A stretch of 64,000 nucleotides of DNA from Rebecca billardiae RCC1528 (taxonomy: Eukaryota > Protista > Haptophyta). The position numbers and the translations under genes are program-made. Positions 34,989 to 45,409 of the stretch are shown here, piece after piece (the stretch's first letter is position 1; the number at the start of each line of letters is the position of its first letter). The notes beneath the pieces were generated by a model that searched no databases, was not told the origin of the DNA, and saw only the letters and a list, made by a program, of their open reading frames with translations. The stretch covers positions 868,001-932,000 of the forward strand of contig OZ251226.1 in NCBI GenBank assembly GCA_965240325.2, given 5' to 3'.

Positions 34989-36113
34989 ATGAGCGCGGTG
35001 GCGGTGCTCCGTCACCGGATGGTCGCACGATGCAGACCTCGCCCCGAGGACTCCCCGAGCTGGGGACGGAGGATATCCTCCCTCGATTCGACGGCGATTG
35101 GCCTCGCCAGCATAGTGCTCGTAGTCGTCCGTTCGCCCTCACCTGCCTCTGCATCAGCCACATCTCATTGCAGCATCTCAGCAACGAACAGGACAGAATG
35201 GCGCGAGGTGCAGATTGACGTCGCCATCGTTGGCATTCCCAAATGCGGCACCACATACCTGCGCAATCTCTTGGCAATGCACCCAGAGCTTGCATGCCCG
35301 AGCATCGCGCTTGGCGAGCACCCCAGATGCTTGGAAGAGCTGAAAGGAGCGCCATTGAGGCGAGCAAGCCCTCCGGTCGATTTTGTGCGCCGCATGTGCG
35401 CAACAGCCAGGGGCCCTGGCATTGGAACAGCGAGGCGCGTGGTAATCGGCGACCCGAGGCTTCTGTTTTGGGCTCCGCCAGCTGGCAGCATCGCGCAGAT
35501 CCCCTCCATCCGCGCCATCACGTGCATACGCGAGCCGATCGCATGGCTGGTGTCGGCCCGCAACCACGTGCTCAGGGAGATGCACGCGCGTCGCCTAGCT
35601 CGATGGGGGTGGCGGACACTGAGTGCCTGTCCGGCCAATCATACACCTTCCATGCCACCCTCGCTCGCAGACATTGCGCTTGGCTGCAAGTGGAACTGGG
35701 TGCACCGTATGAACTACGACAAGCTGCCGCGCCAACTGAGTGAACTGGCGCATTTGATGCTAGGCGCGCATGTGGGGCCACAGGAGGCGTTCCAGCGCAT
35801 GATCGTAGTCAGTCTCGAGGCCAGCGAGCACGACCAGGTTGGCACATGGCTGAGGCTGACGAGGTGGCTCGGCCTCACGGATGTGCGCTCCCTAGCAGAG
35901 CAGCCAGACCCCTTTGGAAAGGCCAAGGATCTGACCAAGGGCCCCTGGTTTCAGTCATGGTGCACTCACGTGAGCCCAGATGTGCGCGCTGCTGTGCACG
36001 GTCACTTTGAGCGCGCGTACAGCGCACTTTTGGGCTTCGCTCTCAAGAGCCTGCCACACAGCATTCTTTCACCGAGCCAGGTGGCAGGCACTGCACGCGT
36101 CCTTACATGCTGA
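34989..36113 (+). CDS. Golgi-type sulfotransferase
   Basis: 5'-PSB IVGIPKCGTTYL, 3'-PB CIREPIAWLVS, hydrophobic anchor near the N-terminus. Confidence 0.8.
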   Translation: MSAVAVLRHRMVARCRPRPEDSPSWGRRISSLDSTAIGLASIVLVVVRSPSPASASATSHCSISATNRTEWREVQIDVAIVGIPKCGTTYLRNLLAMHPELACPSIALGEHPRCLEELKGAPLRRASPPVDFVRRMCATARGPGIGTARRVVIGDPRLLFWAPPAGSIAQIPSIRAITCIREPIAWLVSARNHVLREMHARRLARWGWRTLSACPANHTPSMPPSLADIALGCKWNWVHRMNYDKLPRQLSELAHLMLGAHVGPQEAFQRMIVVSLEASEHDQVGTWLRLTRWLGLTDVRSLAEQPDPFGKAKDLTKGPWFQSWCTHVSPDVRAAVHGHFERAYSALLGFALKSLPHSILSPSQVAGTARVLTC

Positions 36114-36301
36114 ACAGTAAGTGTTAAGTGCGGTGCAACTGCGCTTGTAACAGCATGATGATGACTAGCCCGCGATAGGCTGCGATACTAATTATTACAG
36201 AACTACTGTCGTAGCTTACCGCAATCAATCAGATTTATCGAGTCGTCATCTTATCTAGACCGGCGCGTGCCCGGCCCCATTATCACTCCATGCTATATAT
36301 A

Positions 36302-39300
36302 TGACCGCGTTCCGCGGTCCTCTTCCGTCAGAACCAACGTAGTTGGGGGCCCGCGGCGGCAGCTGTGCTGTCACCCACGTTGAGCACACAATATACGCGC
36401 AGTATCCCACCCAAGGCTCGCAGTCGTCGGGTGAGGTGGCCGCGGCGGCGCGCGCGGCCGGCTGGGCCGCGTGGTGGGTGGTGCGAGCATTCAGGTGGGG
36501 GCAGCAGAGCTTCGCAGGATGCTGATCCGCAGCTGCCAGAGCGTGCGCACGGCGTCTACCCGGCAACTTGGCGGCCGCTCGCGTCTGAGCGCACAGCGCG
36601 CTCCAGCCGAGGCGCAGAGCACCGTGACTGCCATCGGTTGCCACGGTTGAACGCGTGGTCGGGCCACAGGCTACTGGTGGGCGCGCAAGCGGTGCCTAGC
36701 TGGCCCGCGGCCTCGGTGGCGTCGCGCACCACGCCTCCCGGCCCGCACCATTCTTCGGTGCTCGCACCAGACTGGCTCGACAGGGGCACCCGGGTGCGCA
36801 CATGGGCCCCGGCGAGCCCGCGGCGAGGATCCGCGTTCGCGGGCGCTTGCGAGGGAATTTCGGGGGTCGGAACCGCTCGGGCGGGACAGTGCCACCTGCC
36901 CCGCGAGGCGCGCACCCGCAAATCGCGACACGACACCCCGACTGGCCGCCGCGTGGCGGCGGCGGGCTAGGCCGTACGGTTTTGCCTCCGCGCCAAAGAA
37001 AGCAGGCGGATGCCCGAGCAGGGCGGTCGGCCGCAGGAGCCGGGCCGCCTGCGAGCTGAAGGACGAGTTGGCTCCACCTCGGCTTCACGCCGGTGGCCAG
37101 CTCGCGCTCGTGCGCCCAGCAGCCCGCCCCCGGGCGGCGGGGGTCGGCTCGGCGAGGGGCGCGACGAGGGAGCCTTCGCGACGCCTCGTCTCCCGGATGT
37201 ACAAAACGCGGGGATGTAACACGCCGCGCGCGCCCCCTCCGGCTCCGACTATACGGATAGCTGCGGCGGGTATTTTTCAATGTCTCGCACTATTGGAGTT
37301 GGTTGGACGATTACTGTGACTAAATTACTGTCAACGGTCGTTCTTGGCATCTTGCGGCGGCGAGGCCATATGATCGGCTACGCCGATCTTCGGGTAGTGA
37401 ACAACGAAGTTGAGGGCGCACGGCCCTAGCAGCCGGCTTGTGACGACACGGTCGGACGGTCGGACGGTGCATGCGCCGTGCAGCCGAGTCACACTGGCGA
37501 GTCAGCCGACTGCCAAGTGCTCGGCTCAGTGAGTAACGGTGACGCAGCTGAGGCAGAGCGGCGCGCAATAAGATCTGACAGCCGGGCGGCGGCGCCGGGG
37601 GTGCACGCGAGCTCGCACGCGCGTTGTGCGCGCAGCCGCGCTGCGCGCAGAGCAGCCACAGCGCCGCGCCCGACCACTTCGCGAGAAGGCAGAAGCCGCT
37701 CGGCGCCGCGCGCGGCGGCCGAGCAGCGGCGCCTCCGCGGCGCGCGCCGCGCCGCCGCCGCCCGCCTCAGCCAGGACCACGGCGCGCGAGCGGCTTGCAG
37801 CTTGCGGCGGCGGCGGGCAGCGGCGGCGCGGCGAGCGCGCACAGCGCCCCCTCGAGCGAGTCCCATAGCCGCGCGAGCGCGCCCGCACGCCGAGCGCCGC
37901 GGGTCGCGCGCCGCGCGCCATCGCCCACACGGCCGCGGCCGCGTGCGCCGCCGTCCGCCACGAGGGCGCGGTGCAGTGGTGCGAGCCACAGCGCCGCGCC
38001 CGACCACTGCGCGAGAAGCCGCTGCGTCGCGCGCGGCGGCAGCAGCGGCGCCTCCGCAGCGCGCCACGCCGCCGCCGCCGGCGCGCCTCGCCGCAGCCGC
38101 GGCGCGCGAGCGGCCTGCGGCTTGCGGCGGCGGCGGGCAGCGGCGGCTCGGCGAGCGCGCACAGCGCTCCCTCGAGCGAGTCCATAGCCGCGCGAGCGCG
38201 CCCGCACGGCCGAGCGCCGCCGCGTACGTCGGGTCCCCTCGAGCGAGTCCATAGCCGCGCGAGCGCGCCCGCACGGCCGAGCGCCGCCGCGTACGTCGGG
38301 TCAGTGGTCACGCGCCGCGCGCCATCTGCGGCGGCCCGGCGGACGCCGTCACTCACGCCGGGCGCCGCCGTCCGCCACGAGGGCGCGGTGCGGTGGCGCA
38401 CGCGGCGGGCTCGGCGGGGTCGAGCGCGCAGTGCGCAATCACCTCGAGCAGCAGCTGCGCCACCTCGTACGCGCGCAGCGTCGGCGCGTCGGCGTGCGGC
38501 GCGTGGTGTGGCGCGGCACGTCAACGTGACGCCTCGCACGGGGGTCCGATTTTAAAAGTGACGGTTCACGACTCGCAACTCGCGCTTATTATTATGGTTT
38601 CAGACTGCTCACAATAATCACATCAACATCACGCGGGTGATCACTAATCACCTTTACCATTTACAGGTGATTAACAAACCAGTTGGAGACCACGCTGATT
38701 GGCTTTGAATCGGATCTCGATATCAAGAATTCAAGAAGCCAGGCTTCTTGATTCTGTTCACCGATGAATTGTCCTATGACTACTCATGCTGAATATGGGC
38801 ATGAGAATCTTGGGTTAAAACCGCAAAATTTGGATTTCCCCTTTCAAGCTGTCCAGGACACACTCGTTTTCAGAGAGCGTATTTTCTCAAATACGAGAAG
38901 CGACGGTTCATGACTTCAGATGCCGGCATGATACTTTACTTCAAGCGACATAAAAGCCGACCGAACCTCTCTTTTCTATGGTTGGCGAGCTGTTTCAGGC
39001 TCTTACAATTCAGGCATATTACTAGGACGGAATGCTCGAACACACGGCTGGTCTTTTGTGCTATTCCGCCCTGCATTCCCCTAAGTGTTACTATCGTTAA
39101 AATTAGCATCCACTACAAACGCAATCATTGCGGCAGCGATATCCACTCATACGTACGCAAGGCCACCCACCAAAATCCCCAAAATCCTGCGCGCATCCTC
39201 TTTTTGATTTTGCGGAGCACGTGCGCCGCCCCCCCCCCCGGCTTTCGCTCACGCTCAGACCTTTCGGGGGGCGGGGGGCGTGCGCCATTATTTTACTATG

Positions 39301-39579
39301 GTCACACTACATTAACGAGAGTCTACCCACAATTACCCAGCCTCGCACACTTGGGCGTGGGTTTCGTTGATTCCTCTGTTCACTATTCAAGACGGCGGAC
39401 GCGTCCTTTTTCGACGCTAATCCATGTGTAAGGAGGTCTCAAAAATCGAAACTCGGTCTCCTCCAGTCTGGAAAACACCGCCCCGTCCCTTTTTTCTTTG
39501 ATCAAAGATCTTTTTGAAACGTGGTTAGGGCCCACGGAGCGGGCTCCACGCTGCGCGTTCCGCCCTGCACCGCGGGCCA
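36302..39579 (-). mobile_element. Asymmetric-TIR + hairpin element, copy 5 (largest)
   Basis: Hairpin end at 36302 after (TA)n; terminus at 39579; internal degenerate GC-rich direct repeats at 37640-38400. Confidence 0.65.
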
Positions 39580-39836
39580 TAATGCTAAGCCATGCTGTCT
39601 CGGCTGATGCGACAGGCACGACGGGCGCTGGGCGAGTGGGCGCCGTGGCTGGCTGGCGCGCCGCGAGGCGGGCTGACGCAGCCCTCATCAACGGTATATA
39701 TATGAGTAGTAGGCCTCGCAGGCGGACCACGACTGAATGAATCTTCCGACTCCGGTGCTAATTAGAGCATAGTAAACCGCAGTACAGACTTTACTATGTT
39801 TTATCGTGAACACTTGGTTATCATAAGGCGTGATTA

Positions 39837-40317
39837 CAGGCAATCGCGGGCAATAAGAAGTCAGAGATCTCACGGCTAGTCTCGGTTTCTTAGCCGTTCG
39901 GTAGCCCGAGCGCCTACGGAGTCTCAGTTTCTTAGCTAGGTCCGCCCGCCGCGCACTGAGTCTTTAGGCCCGGCCGGCGAGGCCGAAGAAAATTTTGGGC
40001 CTTTCTGGAGCAAATCTGGCATGATGTTGCATGGATGCTGCGGTGCACTGGCCAGGAGTCAGTCATCAGGAGAAGTCGGGACTTGACCGCCTGTACTCGT
40101 AGTCGGGCCGCGCACCGCCGACCGCGTCCCCGACGGGCCGACTGCGCCTCGCCCTCGGCGGACCACTCGTCAGCCGGGACGACGTAGTCCCGGCTTCTTA
40201 GTGTGACTATGCGTATAGCGAACCAGCCAATCGCTAGTCTCAGTTTCTAGGCCAGATCCGCAGATAGCAAGCCCCAGTTTCTTAACGTGACAGCTCCTTA
40301 TTGCCCGCGATTGCCTG
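39837..40317. mobile_element. MITE with 21-bp TIR CAGGCAATCGCGGGCAATAAG and internal GTCTC(A/G)GTTTCTTAG-like repeats (hAT-like)
   Basis: TIR match 39837-39857 / 40297-40317; about five internal motif copies; no TSD seen. Confidence 0.6.
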
Positions 40318-40401
40318 GACAGTTTATTTGTTTTAACGTGCGTAAGGCTCACGGTGGCAGGTTGCCGCGCCATCCTTCATCGCACGCTCTCCGAAGAAAG
40401 A

Positions 40402-40474
40402 CCTGGAAACTGGTTTGAACCCATGACCTCAGACGCAAGAGCACGCCAGTACTCCCACTCGGCCACAGACCGGC
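40402..40474 (-). pseudogene. tRNA-derived (SINE-head/pseudo-tRNA) sequence
   Basis: A-box TGGCCGAGTGG (40465-40455) and B-box GGTTCAAACC (40421-40412), 33 nt apart; no convincing acceptor or anticodon stem. Confidence 0.45.
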
Positions 40475-40601
40475 GTCACTACGTACTTTAAAGTACCGCG
40501 TTTGGGGGTATTGTAGTACTTATGGCAGTCGTTAGACGTTACGTTTTAATGAGTTTATTATGCGGTGATGAATAGCCCCTTACAATCTCGCCTGCCTGAG
40601 C

Positions 40602-41464
40602 CAAGGGGCTTACAAATACCACTGGGGGCGAAAGCGCCAGTGAGGAGCCCCGTCGGATGCGATGTACATGAGACGGACAGCGTCCGGGAGCTCGTATGAA
40701 AAAAAGACCGGAATGCCTTGAAAGAATACGAGATGGCTCGACAGATTACCCGCTTTCCCGGATTCAAACTTCCCCCACAGTGTTTTCCACTGACCGGACA
40801 CTGTCCGTCTCATGTACATCGCATCCGACAGCTGTGTTTCGCCCCCAGTGGTATTTGTACAGGTGGATACGGGTGAGCTGGACAGTGGCCGACCCAACTC
40901 ACGCGGAGGCCTCCCTGGGAGCATTGGGGTCGAAGGGGCGCCAGGGACGGACTTCAGGGGGTCCCTGGAGTTCCGCCGCAGCGCGCTTTCTGCGCTGCGG
41001 GCCCGTCTCCGCGCGTGGCGGCCGCAATGGCACTGTCCAATTAGCCCCTGGCACTGGCTGAGGCATGGGAATCGAGCTCAGAGACGCGCGCGCGGAGGAA
41101 AAGCGTGTGCAGCGGCTCGGACGGTTGCTCTGGGACCTACCCACGCCAGCGCAACCGCGCCTTGCCTCGGAGTCCGCCCTTCCTGAGTCCGCGCACGCGC
41201 CTTGCGGCTTGAAACGCTGGCGTTCGCCCTTGTGCGCGGGACTCACGAAACAAGGCGAAGGCGGCGAGAAGCGCGACCTGGCGCGTGCGCATACGACGTC
41301 TCACGACCAGGTGAGTTCAGCGAACATCGTGCGCCGTCGTGGCGACCCGCCAGTGGGCGCTCGTGCTCGTTCGCCCACGAGCCCTCACCACGAGGCCCGC
41401 CGCCCGCTGAGTGTCCAGATAGCCCCGGTGTCCAGTTAGCCCGTATCCACCTGTAAGCCCCTTG
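40602..41464. mobile_element. Non-autonomous P-element-like DNA transposon with 7-bp TSD CCTGAGC
   Basis: TIR CAAGGGGCTTACAGGTGGATACGGG (the left copy is restored after removing the nested MITE); TSD at 40595-40601 and 41465-41471. Confidence 0.8.
40613..40857. mobile_element. 245-bp MITE with TA TSD (Tc1/mariner-type)
   Basis: TIR CAAATACCACTGGGGGCGAAA / TTTCGCCCCCAGTGGTATTTG plus about 36 bp of inner inverted repeat; TA on both sides. Confidence 0.85.
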
Positions 41465-41707
41465 CCTGAGCTGTGTGCGTCTCTTACTCTTAGTAAACTG
41501 TATTGCTGCCACCAACGCCGACTTCGTGTCGACGATCGGGCACTGCCGACAACGACACCGGAGAGGCTATCTTATCTCCCTTGCCGACGACGAATCAGGA
41601 GACCTGCGCCGTCCTACCTGTATCGTTTTTAGAAAAACAAGGTGGCAGCCGGGCCGGGCCGGCCAGCCGCGTCGCACCGGCGGGGCAGGGCGGGGAGGGT
41701 GCCCAGG

Positions 41708-43192
41708 ATGGTCTTGCAATGCATCCCTCGCCCCGAGGACTCCCCGAGCTGGGGACGGAGGGCATCCTCCTGGGTGAACGCAAGTGTGTTCGTGCTGACA
41801 ACCGTCTTCGTATCCAAGCTTGGCGTGCCCATGAACTATGGCGACACGGCGATGGAGCAAGCCATCATGCACACCGCGGGTGCCCTGCTCGGGGGCACGT
41901 CAAACGCCAGCTTGCTCTCTGGCAACGCGCAGAACATTGCGCTAGTGCGACGGAGCCCACGGAACATCTACACCCTGTGCTGGGCCCTGCGCAAGCGCGC
42001 ACGGCACGGCGACGCGCAAGGTCTTTTCATCGACATTCCGGGTCTCATCTACGGTCCGTCGCCTCGGGGGCTGCACTTGCTGAACCTCACCAGGAACGCC
42101 GCTAGCTGCGCGCGCAGGGCTGGACTACGGGTGTACATGGTGCCGCACTCTCTGTACTCGTTCAAAGCGCATACGCCAGAGGCTACGGCCATGCGCCAGA
42201 TGCTCCAGCTCTTTGACGAGGTGCACGTTCGTGACGAGTCAGATATGGCAGTGGCGCAGGACGTGCTCTCGCTGCCTTCCACGGGTCCCAGCCAGGGCTT
42301 CATGCAGACGCGGCCGAGGCTGGTGATCGAGCCAGATTTTGCGCTGGTCTTCACCGCGTCATGCGCCGCTGACGCGACAGCATTCCTCCGCAAGCATGTG
42401 GGCAGCTTGGAGCGCCCAGTGGTCACGATTGACTTCGGCCGCAGGGCGCTGGAGTCATGGCCTGGCACGTCGTACCTTGACACGTACCGCGAGGTGGTGA
42501 GACAAGCCATCGCCATCTTCGGGCGCGAGCAGGTCGTGCTGGTTGCCCACGAGCGTGGCAGGTTCGGCCCCCACGAGCACGACGACCGGTACTGGACACG
42601 CAAGACGGCCCTCGAGTTTGGGCTCGCCACCACGGTGATGGATGATGGCCTCCATGATGGAGGGAAGGCAACTTTGGCAGCGCTGGAGAGCATGGGGGCT
42701 ACCGAGAATCGATACGTGCGTTTTGTGGACGCGGTCATTGGCCAGGCGTCGCTTCACATCGCGTCGCGCTTCCACGCAGCTGTGGCCGCTTTGAGGGAGC
42801 ATGTCCCCATCGTCTGCCTGACATGGGGCCCCAAGTATGCCGCCCTCCTGCACCGGTACTCGGGTGCATCGGCAGAGGCCGTGAGGAACAGCATGCTCAT
42901 CTCATTCAACGATACCATCGTGCACAGTGGCGCCGACCAGAGTGAGGGGCTCGCCACTCGCACTGGTGAAGGCGTCCCGGCAGAACCCCTGCTGTTTGCG
43001 GGGCGTATTCGGAAGAAGCTCACCACTGCTTATCGCATCTATGCTGGCAAGACGACGGCATCAAGTGCGTCGTCATTGCTGCGCACGCGCGTCGACGCAG
43101 CCAAGGTACGAGTCGTGGCGTTGCTATGCGGGCAGATGGTGGCAGCGCGGCTGCAAGTGCAAGGGCTGCCCGGGACCGACTGCGGCGTATAA
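41708..43192 (+). CDS. Polysaccharide pyruvyl transferase family (WcaK/CsaB-like)
   Basis: NYGDTAM, VHVRDESD, PDFA, HIASRFHAAVAAL..VPIVCLTWGPKY; first in-frame ATG at 41708. Confidence 0.8.
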   Translation: MVLQCIPRPEDSPSWGRRASSWVNASVFVLTTVFVSKLGVPMNYGDTAMEQAIMHTAGALLGGTSNASLLSGNAQNIALVRRSPRNIYTLCWALRKRARHGDAQGLFIDIPGLIYGPSPRGLHLLNLTRNAASCARRAGLRVYMVPHSLYSFKAHTPEATAMRQMLQLFDEVHVRDESDMAVAQDVLSLPSTGPSQGFMQTRPRLVIEPDFALVFTASCAADATAFLRKHVGSLERPVVTIDFGRRALESWPGTSYLDTYREVVRQAIAIFGREQVVLVAHERGRFGPHEHDDRYWTRKTALEFGLATTVMDDGLHDGGKATLAALESMGATENRYVRFVDAVIGQASLHIASRFHAAVAALREHVPIVCLTWGPKYAALLHRYSGASAEAVRNSMLISFNDTIVHSGADQSEGLATRTGEGVPAEPLLFAGRIRKKLTTAYRIYAGKTTASSASSLLRTRVDAAKVRVVALLCGQMVAARLQVQGLPGTDCGV

Positions 43193-43914
43193 CCACTCAC
43201 CATTGCCCGAGGCAGTAGAGGCCCCGAGCGGCGAGCCGCGAGCGGCCTCGCCCGCCATCACTCATCGACGACAGAGTCGGAGTGACCGTGAGACGCCGAC
43301 TACTTAATTACTACTAGTTCGACTAGAGTGTCTAGACTGCCACGCAGCACGCTGGCACGCTGCTGAATTTCTCAGATCGTTACCGAATTACTCATGTACG
43401 AGATCATTATTCAATATATATCAGAATTCAGATTTCAATGATGACACCTTCAACACACAGCGCGTCGTCTCGCCAGTAGGACGGCGCGTAGGCGTAGCAG
43501 TGCGGACGCGACGCGAATAAACACTGCTTGTTTACGTAGTCTCATACGCGGCAGTAGTCGTGAGACTAGTTCTATGATTTTATAAAGACACAGGCACGAG
43601 GGCGCAGCTCTCCTGATTCGTCTGTCGAAGTACTGATTGGAGACAGAGGGTGTGAGCGCGTTGGCCGCCGGGTACTGTAGTCGTCGCCGATGCTGATCAC
43701 ACAGAGCCAGTAGGTGCCCAGGGATGCTAGCGCTGACGAACGAAAATAATCATGCGCAGCCTGCTCCTTTTGAGTTTTATTGTCGTCTGATCGGCGCACC
43801 AATTCCCTATTCTGCGCGGTATTTTCGGAAGACGATGACGATATGAATTTCAGCGTGTGGCCGTTACGGCGTCGGCGCGCCCGCGCGGAGGCTTTGCGGT
43901 TTTCGCCGCCAGCC

Positions 43915-44860
43915 ATGTCAGACACCGTCGCTGCACCGGCTGCGTCGCCCGCTGTCGCCGCCGATCCGGAGCCAGAGGCCGAGCCTGCGGAGCCTTCGGC
44001 GCCCGAGACGTCTGCGCCACCAGCTGCTGCGGCCCCGGTGCCCGAGGCAACCACAGCTCCGACGCCGGAGCCCGCACCAGAGCCGACCGCCGAGCAGGAG
44101 GCCGTCGCGGAGGAAGGCGCCGCGGCCGAGGTGAGCGGGATCCCGGGTTTTGTAAAGGTGACGGTCGACCAGAACGGGTGCGTGGGCGTGTGGACAGGGA
44201 AGCCTCGGTCGATTGTCCACCTCCACAGCGACGAGCCCACGCGCAAAGCGCAGGTCACCGTGAGCGGTGCCACGGCGGGCTTTGGCTTCTCCTCGCGCTC
44301 CGCTGCTGCAGCTGCCGAGGAGCTCTCGGAGGCGAAGGGCGACTTCTTCGAGCTGTACGCGGAGGAGAGCGCCGCGGTCATATCGTCCGCTGGCGTCCCA
44401 GTCGCGAGCTTCAACGCCGACGGCACCGCCAAGGTGCCAGGCAAGGTGCACGCCGAGAGCTTTGAGACGACGTCGACGCGCGCCGCGAAGACCAACATTG
44501 CGCCGCTCCCCGCCGAGCAGGCGTTCAAGGTGGGCGGCGCGCGCGTGCGCCGCGCGCTCGCGCGGCGCGCGTCACCCGCCTCGCGTCGCGTGGCTCACCC
44601 GCCCCGCCCCGCCCGCCCTCCCCGCGGCGCAGCTGCTCGACGGCCTGGACGCGGTGCGGTACGAGTTCAAGCGCACGGGCGACAAGCACGTCGGCTTCAT
44701 CGCCGAGGACGTGCCCGACGACGTGGCGAACGCGGAGCACACGTCGGTCAAGGTGATGGACATCGTCTCGGTGCTGGCGTGCTGCGTGAAGGAGCAGCAG
44801 AAGACGATCGACCAGCTCACGAGCCGCGTGGCGCAGCTCGAGGCACAACGGAAGGCGTGA
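43915..44860 (+). CDS. Small protein with C-terminal intramolecular chaperone autoprocessing (peptidase S74/ICA) domain; intron 44530-44632
   Basis: TSTRAAKTNIAPL..AFK|LLDGLDAVRYEFK..HVGFIAEDVP..V..IVSVLACCVKEQQKTIDQL coiled coil; the phase-0 GT-AG intron gives 280 aa. Confidence 0.8.
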
Positions 44861-45409
44861 GCTCGCAACGCTCCAGCGGTGGCCGGGCGCGGCGCGGCTC
44901 CTCGCCGCCGGCACGCGTCGTGCACGAGCGCATGGTGTTGCAAGCACCGCGACTCGGCGTGGTCGGTTGTCGGTGACGGCTTCACCCTTCGGACACACAC
45001 ACGCCGATCATCGGTGGCAGACGGTCCACAGACCACACTGCGAAAGTACGCGTACGGACGCTATACGGACGCGCCGTCGCATTCGCAAGCTCTCCGACTC
45101 AGCGCGCGAGAACCGAGAAGGCGCGCCAGCCATTCTCATCATCATCAGTTCAGGGCGCAGGCTCCGGCGCCGCGGCCATCGGCCTCATCCTTCATAATCA
45201 ACACCATCATTGGCACTCGTGTGTCGTGGCTCACCACTCACGCGTCAGCCCGTCATCACTAGCTACTTTACCTGTCAGCGGTCATCAGGTCAGCTGCGTA
45301 GCCGTTATTAGTAGCCAAAGGCCCTTGGAGAGTTGGAGCGCATCATTTCATTTTTCATTTTCGTCTGCTCGCCAGTTCGCGTTCAAATCGCCGCGCGCGC
45401 ATTCGCGTC

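Noticed and set aside
37478-38555. Overlapping long ORFs in GC-rich repeats
   Set aside because: Degenerate direct repeats with frameshifts; no recognisable protein.
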